A stretch of 64,000 nucleotides of DNA from Rhizophagus irregularis (Eukaryota): positions 1,240,001-1,304,000 of the forward strand of contig NC_089430.1 in assembly GCF_026210795.1 (NCBI RefSeq), written 5' to 3'. The notes below the pieces were generated by a model. It was not told where the DNA came from. It ran no database searches and saw nothing but the letters and a program-made list of their open reading frames with translations. A program made the position numbers and the translations under genes. Positions 24,167 through 35,116 of this stretch are shown here, piece by piece. Within the stretch, counting starts at the first letter, position 1, and each line of letters begins with the position of its first letter.

Positions 24167-26275
24167 ATGAGCACATTTGAGAGCTATTTTGGTCAAAATG
24201 GTAAGTCTGAGAAATTATATTTTAGATTATCATATTATTAATAACTAATTTTTCTAGCCATTATTTCTTATATTAGAAAGCAGAAAAATAAAGCATCATA
24301 TTGGGGATTTTTAAACAATTACCATAAAATCATTGTTACTTCAATTTTCTCAGATAATACAATGTTTTCAGATGATTGGAATGAACTTAATAATACTTGG
24401 ATTGCTCATTTTATAAATGAAGGAAAAATTATCCCTGGTTTTAAAGATAAGGTGCATTCAGTTTTTTTTATTTTGCAAAGGGAGGACATCTTTGGTAACC
24501 AATCCAAGGCTCTTAGATTCAGGTGCCTTAACTTTGTTGTTTTATTTGGTGAAGGGTGGAAACTGGATTTGACATCCTTGGTAGCTAATCGCCGACCCAA
24601 GGCTCTCAGTTCAGGTGTACTAACTTTGCTGTGATAAAGTCTGCTTGTTCTGGAGGAGGAACTGGCTATGTACCTTCTTTATCACTAATAAAACTAAATA
24701 AAAAATTTTTAACGCACTACTAATAATCTTTGTTTATAACAGATAATTACAGAACAATTGCGTTATTCAACAAAATTGCAAACATTTTGGCAAGAAATTA
24801 TCAAGAAATATAAAAAGAAAAGGAAAATCAAGTATCATCCCATCAAGAAGAATATGAAAAAGAAAAAGAAAATCAAGTAACTGCTATTGCATCCCATTCA
24901 AAAAGGATAATTAAAATTCCTGTTAAAGATAAAAACATTAAACTCATTAATTTCTGTTATAATATTCTTCAAGAACTTGATAAAAAGTCTAATACCCATC
25001 CATTTTATAAATATGATGAAAAGGAAATTTCAAATAAGATTATAAAAAATCCAATGGATTTATTTACTATAATTTTAAAATTAGAGCATGATCAATATAC
25101 AAATACAGAAGAATTTGAAAAAGATATTCATCCCATATTTTGCAATTGTTATATATATAATGATGTAGGAAGTGAAATGCATACTTTAGGAGAAGCATTG
25201 GAACTTTTAATAAGATTTGGACTGAAAAAATTGTTTCTCAAGTTAAACAAAAAGAAAAATTAAAAAGAGCACGAGATAATAATAGTGATTCTTCTGGTAA
25301 ATTATAATATTTTCATTCTATTTTTTTGCATTTATTTATTTATTAATTTTTTTGTATATTGTTAACTATTTATTAGAACTTGTTAAACAAAAAGGAAAAT
25401 TAAAAAGAGTACGAGATAATAATAGTGATTCTTCTGGTAAATTATAATATTTTCATTCTATTTTTTTGCATTTATTTTATTTATTAATTTTTTTGTATAT
25501 TGTTAACTATTTATTAGGATTTATAACAAAACAAATTCAAATTTTAGAACAAAATAAAGATAAATTAGTATATAGGCAAGTTGTGAATGATGCTACTCTT
25601 ATTGTTTCAGCATATGAAAATCTTGTTTCTGGAAATATTATACCTTTTATTGAAATTTTAAAAACATTCCTATTAACAAGATCACAAATGTACTTATTTT
25701 CTGCAGATGAGCCTGTTCTTCAGGCAATTGTTGAAAGCCTTTTACCATTAAAATATTGTATTCCTGAACTATCACTAGTAATGGATGGTACAAAACCAAA
25801 AGGATTTGGTCGATTTGGATATTCAGATATTTTTATTTTAAAGGGAATAGGAAATAATAATGTTAGTTTGGAATTGAAATACATCTCATTAGTTGGTTTA
25901 ATAAAAAATCAAAAAAAAAAGTTTAATACAAATGATCTGGAAAACCTAGATAAAATTATTGAAAAAGAGGATGAAAAAGTTCTATTAAAAAGATTATATA
26001 CATACTGGTCAAAAGAACATAATGAAACTAGACAAACAACTATAGAAGATATATTAAATAATGGAGTTAATCAATTAAAATCATATATGAATATCATTTC
26101 AAAAGGGAAAACAATTGATTATTATAGTTCAGGAATATTTGATAAACGAATTAAAATAACTAAATCAAATTCTAATAAATTAGAAGGATTTGTTATTTTA
26201 GTAATTGGTTTTCGACATATTTTATGGAGATCTGTAGAAGAAATAATAACTAATTATTCATATGATAAGATTTAG
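24167..26275 (+). pseudogene. Bromodomain + PD-(D/E)XK nuclease-like fusion gene with two apparent frameshifts
   Basis: Bromodomain signature FCYNILQEL..HPFY..IIKNPMDLFTI..KLE...Y....EFEKDI..IFCNCYIYN..GSE at ~24946-25203. C-terminal exon has E..LQAIVE..GRFGYSDIFI..LELKYI. Frame slips occur at ~24812 and ~25204. Confidence 0.75.
25242..25517 (+). repeat. 140 bp tandem duplication of an exon end plus its intron
   Basis: GTTAAACAAAAAG..GATTCTTCTG|GTAAATT..TTATTAG occurs at 25242 and again at 25382. Confidence 0.9.
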
Positions 26276-27175
26276 AATTTATTATAGTATTAATATTTTA
26301 TTAGATTAAGATTATATAAAATTTGCATATTGATATATATTACTTTATTTATTTTATAATTAATATATATTACTCTATTAAGTAAAAATAATTAAATATT
26401 ACTAGTGGTACTGAATATATCAGTAAATAAGGGTCAGTATTAAATATTAATTGTATATTCACACAATTACCAACAGGATTCTTACTCAATACTACCTATC
26501 CTGGTATTCCAGTATTGTTTAAGAATCAGCAAGGTAAACAACTACAAAATACGATTAATGATAGTACATGACAGGTAATAAATAAATATATTAATATACA
26601 GAAACAACAAGTTAAAATTATCTGATGTATAATGATTAACATAGGGTTATGAGTTTACAACAAAATGATAAAAAGTGATGAAAAGTGATAGAGGTATATT
26701 TCTTAAGGGAATATAACTTAATATAACTTCAATATATCTTAATATGATCTGATATAACCTTGTTAACAACGAGTTGGCAGAAGGTATATTTATATCTATT
26801 TCTCCATCTCTTTTTCTATCAAATGACATCTAATCTATAGATATCCTATTGACAGTGTTTCATCGTAATATATCTATGTGATTACAATAGTGATATTTTT
26901 TAATGTAAGCCATTTTTTAATAGAACACAAATGACAAATTCTATCGGTTAATTACTATTGAGCTAATTATCCTACAATGACTTTAATAAAAATTGTATAC
27001 ATATAAATAATACAAATAAAGAAAATAAATAATATAAAATAATATAAACAATAATAAAAATAACTATACTACTACTACATATGTAAATATAATCAAATAA
27101 AATCAATATCTTTCTAAGTTATTAAGCTGGTGTACACAAATCAATAGCTGTATATTGGCGTAAATCGGATGTACA

Positions 27176-29429
27176 CTATAATGCGCCATACTGTTCAAAA
27201 ATCCCGGGTGGCCACCCTGGATGCATCCAGGGTAGCTACCCGGGATGTATCCAGGATTTACCCTGGATTAACAAACGCCGTACTGTTCAAAAATCCAGGA
27301 TTTACCCTGGATTGATCCCGGGTAGTTACCCTGGATGCATCCAGGGTGATCACCCGGGATTTTGAAAATTTACCCTGGATGCAAACATTACCCTGGATGA
27401 TCATTGAATTTCTACACGAGTCGTTACATATTATCTGTCACGTGATATATCACATTGCTCGTCTTAGCCAATGAGGATTCAATTTTTGTGATATCATCAT
27501 TCTTATATCACCATTAGATTCATCTAAGCAAAAATGAAGCCAATAAGATATAAATTATTGGTTTCTAATTATTAGTTTATAGGATAACTCAAGCAATATT
27601 TTGTACAACGCTTTTCATCAATAATAATATAAAAAAATATTTGCAAGATGTTTTTTATATATTAAAACACTTAGAAAAAACGTTTCGCAAACGCTTTTTA
27701 TTAATAATAATATAAAAATGTGGTAAGAAACGGTTTTTTATATTAAAACACTTAGAAAAAAACGTTTTGCAACGTTTTTTTTCAATAATAATATAAAAAA
27801 TGTTACGAAACATTTTTTTATATTAAATACTTAGAAAAAAACGTTTCGCAACGTTTTTTATCAATAATAATGTAAGAAAATGTTGCAGGATGTTTTTTCA
27901 TATTAAAACACTTAGAAAAAAACGTTTTGCAACGTTTTTTATCAATAATAATATAAAAAAATGTTACTAAACGTTTTTTTATATTAAATACTTAGAAAAA
28001 AACGTTTCGCAACGTTTTTTATCAAGAAAATGTTGCAGGATGTTTTTTTATATTAAAACACTTAAAAAAACGTTTTGCAACATTTTTTATTAATAATAAT
28101 ATAAAAATATATTAAGAAACGTTTTTTTATATTAAAACACTTAGAAAAAAACGTTTATACTTAGAAAAAAAAACGTTTCGCAACGTTTTTATCAATAATA
28201 ATATAAAAAATTTTAAGTGTTTAAGTATTTTAATATAAAAAATGTTTCACAACATTTTTTTATATTATTATTGATAAAAAAGATAGCGAAACATTTTTTT
28301 AATAACGCCAATAGATCGTTATAGATACAATAAAATATTTCAGAAATTTTCTCTTTTTTTCTAATAACAATAGATTCGTATAATAATAAATAAGGAAATA
28401 AAATTTTCTAATAATGTCAATAGATATAACAAAATCTTTCAGACATTTTTTCTAAATTTTTTTTCTAATAAAATTTTCTGATTTATTTTTTTAATAATGC
28501 CAATAGATCGCTATAGATCTTTCAGAATTTTTTTTTAAATTTTTTTTTCTAATAATAGGTATAATACGTAAGACAATATTGTATAAATAAAATTTTCCAA
28601 TTTTTTTTTTAATAATGCCAATAGTTCATTAAAGATCTTTCAGAATTTTTTTTTAAATTTTTTTCTAATCGTAACAATAGATTGATATACATGTATAAAC
28701 AAAATTTTCCAATAGATCGCTATAGATATAACAAAATCAGAATTTTTTTAAAAGTTTTTTTATTTTCTAATGATAACAGTCGATATAATACATAAGACAG
28801 ATATTGCATAAATAAAATTTTTTGATTTATTTTTTAATAATATTAATAGATCACTATAGATCTTTTTTAAAATTTTTTTTCTAATGATTGTATAATATAT
28901 AAGACAAATATTGTATCATAAATAAAATTTTCCAATTTTTTTTTAATGCCAATAGATATAACAAAATCTTATGGAAATTTTTTTTACCTTTTTTTAATAA
29001 TAAAAATAATGTATATTAGAAACTGATAATTTATATCTCATTGGCCTCATCTTGCTTAAGGGTGATAATATCATAAAAATTGAATTCTTATTGGCTGAGA
29101 TATTTCAATTTGAAGTTTTAACGACAAATGTGATATATCACGTGACCGATAATATGTAACAACTGGTGTAGAAATTCAATGATCATCCAGGGTAAAATTT
29201 GCATCCAGGGTAAATGTTCAAAAATCCCGGGTGATCACCCTGGATGCATCCAGGGTAGCTACCCGGGATCTATCCAGGGTAAATCCTGGATGCATCCAGG
29301 GTGATCACCCGGGATGTATCCAGGGTCATCCTGGATTTTTGAACAGTACGGCGTTTGATGATCCAGGGTAAATCCTGGATACATCCCGGGTAGCTACCCT
29401 GGATTTTTGATCAGTACGGCGCGTCATAG
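27176..29429. mobile_element. Non-coding foldback-like element with ~400 bp modular TIRs
   Basis: Left CTATAATGCGCCATACTGTTCAAAAATCC pairs with right GGATTTTTGATCAGTACGGCGCGTCATAG. TIRs are built from ATCCAGGGT/ACCCTGGAT/CCCGGG modules. The interior has ~120 bp tandem repeats (AAACGTTTCGCAACGTTTT). TACA flanks both ends. Confidence 0.85.
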
Positions 29430-29933
29430 TACACAAATGTAATTTCACCGGATCATCATACAACATCAGAAATCACGTGCACAAGAAATCGCGTAACACT
29501 AGGTAAGATTTTTTTAACCAATAATATGACCAATAAAAATGCTTAATTTTGTATCACATAAAATTTCTCCATTGAATCTTTTTAACGCTTACACAAGTTT
29601 GTAAAATATTCTTTTGGAGCAGGAAAGTTATTGTATACTGTTTTTTTTTTACTTATTAGAAAAATTTATTAAAGAACAAAAATTCTGAAATTTTTTTTTT
29701 TATTAATTACAAAGCCCATAAAATTAATTATTTTTTTTACTAAATTAATAAATAATTATTAATTATCATTCTCCTATTTAAGTGAGATCCATCCCTTAAC
29801 ATCTATACGTCTATACTACCAATTTACTTTATCCCAAATTTGATTTTGTATCCCCACTCTCACTTGCTTGTCCATCTATAATGTAATAAAAGGAAAGAAA
29901 TGTTAAAACTGTTTTAGTAATGGTTTCATGAAT

Positions 29934-30549
29934 TTATTTTTTTTTTATTTTATTTCAGAGTGGTGATCAATATCTATTACATTAACAGTTATATGTACAT
30001 GAAAGAAAACATAGGGAAATTGGAATGCCAACTTTTGTCCCGCATAGCAGGATCTCACCCTTTGAGTGGAACTATTTTAACAGGGGGTCTATGCTATTGA
30101 AAAAATTTAATGCACTAGAGAAAGAAAAGGACCTAAGAATAACAAATGAGAAAAAGAATATCTTGTAATAACTCAAAAGGGGTTATATTAGAAATAAAAT
30201 AAATCTAAGTTGTAAGAGTCTTGAGACTGGTTAAAAGTAACAGAAGACAGGTCTATGTCCAATGATGATAGCCAAGGTAGGTTGTGGAGGAAGTTTGAAC
30301 TCGTAAGATAGATCCACAAAATAGTGTTTTCCCTTGCATGCCATGAATCTTTGAAATGGTTTATATAGCCAAGGGAATTTTGTAAATCATTATATCTTTA
30401 GAGAGTTGAAGCATCAGGAGTGTTTCTAGTCAGTTTATTACGCTGATACATCATGAAAGATGTTTTTGTAAGATTTTTAGATTTTTTTAATTCCTTCCAA
30501 TGAAGTGAATGTTCATGCCAAATGGTTTCATATACCTCAATGTAAGTCG
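29934..30549 (-). mobile_element. 5'-truncated non-LTR retroelement fragment
   Basis: 14 bp direct repeat ATGGTTTCATGAAT at 29920-29933 and 30550-30563. T-rich tract at 29934-29955 is a minus-strand poly-A. The minus frame 30547-30188 reads YETIWHEHSLHWKELKK..GYINHFKD..WIYLTSSNFLHNLPW with one internal stop. Confidence 0.8.
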
Positions 30550-30880
30550 ATGGTTTCATGAATCATATAGCAATATTAAAACTTATTAGCAGTTTAGATT
30601 GCTACTGAGATGTCAGGTGGTCTTCTGCGTTGAATAGTGCCGGCCGAGACTAAGTTAATTCCGGCTGGAATTAGGATGGTATCAGTTTATTGCGAATAAA
30701 TAAGTATGACTGGTTTATGATATTAAACTTCATTATATGTAATATCGCGAAATTTATAATAAGGTCAGTATATAGTGATAAAAAGTTCGTTATGGGCCAA
30801 AATCAGTTTATCCCGAATCATTATATCGAGTTATGATTGTATTGAATATATTATAATAAAATTTTAAAACAAATTAGAAA

Positions 30881-31026
30881 ATTACTAAACATCGCCTGGG
30901 CGATCATAGCCTTTACCAGCGTTAGGATGGAACTTGAGGTAGAATTAAGAATATGAATGTAACTCCACCCAAAATGCCATCCTAATGCTGGTAAAGGCGA
31001 TGATCTTCCAGGCGATGTTTAGCAAT
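30881..31026. mobile_element. ~146 bp hairpin MITE remnant
   Basis: ATTACTAAACATCGCCTGGGCGATCATAGCCTTTACCAGCGTTAGGATGG pairs with CCATCCTAATGCTGGTAAAGGCGATGATCTTCCAGGCGATGTTTAGCAAT. The end resembles the TIR at 58543. Confidence 0.75.
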
Positions 31027-31819
31027 ACCAAATTAGTAAAAGCGAACATTTGCAGATCAGTCAAATGATTTCTGAAGTATTGAGCACATATTGACCATTA
31101 CAATTATAGCCTGTAAGTGGTTAAGTGCAATTATAGAAAAGGAATGTCAATATAGACAAAGTCTCCCATTTAAATTGGAGTAAGTTATAGCATAGTGAAA
31201 TCATTTTATTAGAAAAAAGCTCTTAAATAATTTCACGCTTATTACCATATAGTTCCGAAATTAAGCAAACTTTTTTATTATAGAGTTGCTTAATTTTGGG
31301 GTAGTTTTTTTTTTGAATAAAAATCTGAAAAATCCGAAAAATCTGAAGAAAACTGTGCATTTAAATGATCAAATATATGATCTGTACAATATTGTGATCT
31401 ATAAATCAGCCGCGCATTCTTGTTTCTCATGTTTCAGTTAAAATTCACTACATAGTATGCCACAAAAAAAGAGAAGACATATTAGCACCATTAGAGAAAT
31501 AGTTGTTAAGAGTTACTGTAATTTGGAACAATTTGCATAATTAATGTTTATAATACTTAATAAAATTGTCCATCATTTTGAAGTGTTAAGTGATTTTAGC
31601 AATATTAAATGTTTCTTTATTACATTTATTAACTTTTTATTACAGAAGTTCGTGAGTTGCTTATTTACGGAACTATACGGTATATAACATACAATATGTC
31701 TCAAAATACTATAATTATACAGAAATACTAACCTTATCTCGATTATAGGTGTTTAATAAAGGAAAAAAGTTATCAAATTGTTGCGCCACTTAATATAATT
31801 ACAATCACGTTAAAATGAA

Positions 31820-33200
31820 TATATAGAAAGTAAGTAACGAAAGTAAGTAACATAAAGTCACATGATCTATTACGTTACTTTTCTTATTATATAAGGTACG
31901 GAACGTAAATTTTTTTGGTAAATACTTTACGTTACTCCTTATATTTGCACATGATCGCGTCATGTTTATTTGTTTATCGAATCTCGTTTTCAATATAGGT
32001 TCATTTCCTCAGTTCCTTCCGGTTCTGCAATTAAGGTTCAGTTGTTTTAGTTGTTTTTGACTTTACGTTTCGTTTCTTACTCATTTTTTTATTTTTTTAT
32101 TTTGTTTCTGTTTCATATTTCGTTTTTCACTAATTTTATTTCATTTTTTTTAGATATTTTAGTTCTTTCAGTTCTAAAATTAATAAAGGTATATTTTTTA
32201 TTTTTTATTTATTGTTTTTTATTTCGTTTTTATCTTATATTTCGTTTCTTACTAACTTCATGATAGGAGGTTGGGTAATGATAGGAAACCAAGTAAAAAA
32301 TAAACCATAAAGTAAAAAAAAAATGATCATTTTTTTATTTTTTGTCTCTCATCATTTTTCACCTCATATAACTTCTCATTATTTATTTCTATTACATCTT
32401 TTCATTTTCCATTATTTCTTTTTCTCTCCTGTTTACTTCCCATCATTTCTTTTTGTCTCTCATCACTTCTTTTCGTATCCCATCACTCCTCTTTGTCTCA
32501 CATCACTCCTTTTCATCTCCCATCATTCTTCTTCGTCTCCCATCACTTCTTTTCGCTTCCCATCACTCCTTTTTATCTCCCATCATGTTTTTTGTTTCCT
32601 ATCACTTCTCATTGCTCTTTTTTACTCCCTTTCATCTTCTATTACTTTCCATTACTCCATTGTTATTTCATTTTTTTATTAGCATCTTTTTCCTTGATCA
32701 TTATAATTTACTTATCTTTTTTATTTATTGTTATTGTTTTTTTATTTGTATCACTTCATTAAAATAAATATGGTAATTTTTTTCTTTAAAATCAAAAATG
32801 TGACTTAAATTTTAATATATGCAAAATAAAATTTCATTAAATAAGATTATTTTGAATTAAATATGTTTGCAAAAAAATTTTTTAAAATATCTTCGCAATA
32901 AAATTTAAGTTTAACCGATCAAAAATTAGCTAAGATAAACAATCAGCCATCAGCCGATTAATAAATTTACTCTATATATTGTGCATCATGTGACAATTGT
33001 GACATACTTGAAAAAAAAACCCCAGGCGATGATCTCCCAGGTGACCCTTATATTATTTTCTGTAGAGTAACGTAAAGTAAATATAATTGACTTTACGTTC
33101 CGACCGTTCCGTGCTTTATATAAGGGGAGTAACGTAAATTGACCTAAAATAGTAATTTTACGTTACTTACTTAGCCAATTTCCGTTACTCACTTACTACC
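31820..33200. mobile_element. Degenerate element with ~120 bp inverted ends and low-complexity interior
   Basis: AGTAAGTAAC/TTACGTTAC motifs. TATATAAGGTACGGAACG (~31890) pairs with CGTTCCGTGCTTTATATA (~33105). Interior has CCCATCACTTCT-type repeats. Confidence 0.55.
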
Positions 33201-34029
33201 TGCCGCGTTAAAATGGTTAAATTATGAACGTTTTACAATTAAAAATTTTTATAATGTTTATTAAATGTCAATAAATTTAAATTTAAATTTATTGTTTATT
33301 TAATTATGTAATCACTTAAAATTTTCATTAACAGTTTTTGGAATGCTCAAGGTATCAAATGCGGCGTATACTATTTAGCCAGCAATCTAGATCGTTCTAT
33401 GAACACAGGTGCGTCGATCAGTTAACATTCAGCCCATTCAAGCTCTTCAAGCCCTTCAAGCTCTACCGTATATTAAAATATCAATCTTCTAATCATCTAC
33501 TTCGTGGTGTGACATTTTTATGAATAATTGATTTTCAATTTTGAGAGAAAAAAAGGGAAGTAAAATAAGAGAAATATTTACATTTTCATGAAGGAAATTG
33601 GTTTATACCATTTTTGTAAGCAAGCATAAGGATAAATTAAGTATTGTTTAAATCTAATAATTTATGCGTTTCCTTCCCTTTTATGGCAAGAGAATTTCGA
33701 TCTCGGAAAAATACTAATCAACAATTAATTTACTCTGTTTGCATACATTATTACATACAATAACTTTAACTTTGTTAATTATTTGCATTTATTTGCATCT
33801 ATTAATATGGTTCCGTGGCGTCAGTTTGTATCACCTTTTTTTTAAAAAAAATAAATAAATAAATAACAATAATAAAAATAATAAATAACTTTCCAGCGTA
33901 AAAAAAATAGAAAGAAAAATAATTATAATAATAACTTTACAAAATAAAAAAAGAAAAGAAAAAATCAAAATTAAAAATTAGAGGTTCGTCTTTGATATTT
34001 GGTATATACAGTATTGGTAGATAAGAATT

Positions 34030-34069
<40 letters not shown>

Positions 34070-34879
34070 CGATAAAATTCATATGAGCTCTCACCGTATG
34101 AGATCTTAATTTGGTTTGGTCTATGATGTAATTGAGGATCGGTTTTATCCTATTTTACATTGATTTAACGCTTTCGGGAATGCGTGCGAGAGATGTTGAA
34201 ACGTGGAAAAAACAAATTAGCCAATTTTGTCAATTTAAATAGAGTTGATAATCTTAGCTTTGTTCATAACAATACGCTTAAAATCGATGAGTCACAATAT
34301 ATTTTATTTTTATAATTATTAAAAATATATTCACCAATTATTTCTAGTTATAATACTTTGAAAAGAAAATTATTTATTTATTTATAGATAATAGTTTAAA
34401 AAAAATATCCTGTAGGGTATTAACACGAATTTGCCGCAAGAAATTGTCATTTGATCTCGAGTTTGTTTATTCATATGATATTATTTGATTGAAAAAGTTA
34501 GCTCGTAGGATTAATCTCTAGCATATAAAGGCAGTCTTTTATCTAAATCACGTGATTTTGAGAATAATAAAAACTATTGTTATAAATATATTTTAATCAT
34601 GACTTTGGATTGTTAAATATAAATCATTAACCAACAGAATACTTTTATTAATTGCAACAATATTAAAGAAAAATGCTAGCGTTCAATATAAAAGGGGTGT
34701 CATTTTTCCAATTTTTTTAGTTTTTTTTCAAGAAATTTCAAAAATTCTCAAAAAAAAAAAAATTATTACTCAAATAACACATATAAGATTCTAATATGTA
34801 AGTCCAGTAAGATACGGTATTTTTATTGCAACTTTAAAAATAAAATTTATTCAATAATTATTTTACATAAAACAGAAAA

Positions 34880-35116
34880 ATGTCCTCGCGTGATTCATCA
34901 TCCAACTATTTTGCCAGAATATCTTCGATTTTAGATGGCCCCCCAACCCTTCCCCCACTATCATGGGTCTTCGAAAATTTAATTAATAATACCAATAATG
35001 GAACAAACCATACTCTTTCACCTCTTCGCATACAAAACCATATCAAAATATTACCAACTCTTGAACCCGCTTATAGACCAACTCAAGAACAATTAAATCT
35101 TCCATTAACATTATAA
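34880..35116 (+). CDS. Small hypothetical protein (78 aa)
   Basis: ATG-initiated ORF of higher GC than its flanks, with TATAAAAG at ~34688, a possible 5' intron (GTAAGT at 34798 to AACAG ~34875) and a PTLPPL motif. Confidence 0.45.
   Translation: MSSRDSSSNYFARISSILDGPPTLPPLSWVFENLINNTNNGTNHTLSPLRIQNHIKILPTLEPAYRPTQEQLNLPLTL

Noticed and set aside
32051..32767. Several Phe/Ser/His-rich ORFs
   Set aside because: Pyrimidine-rich simple repeats inside a degenerate element.
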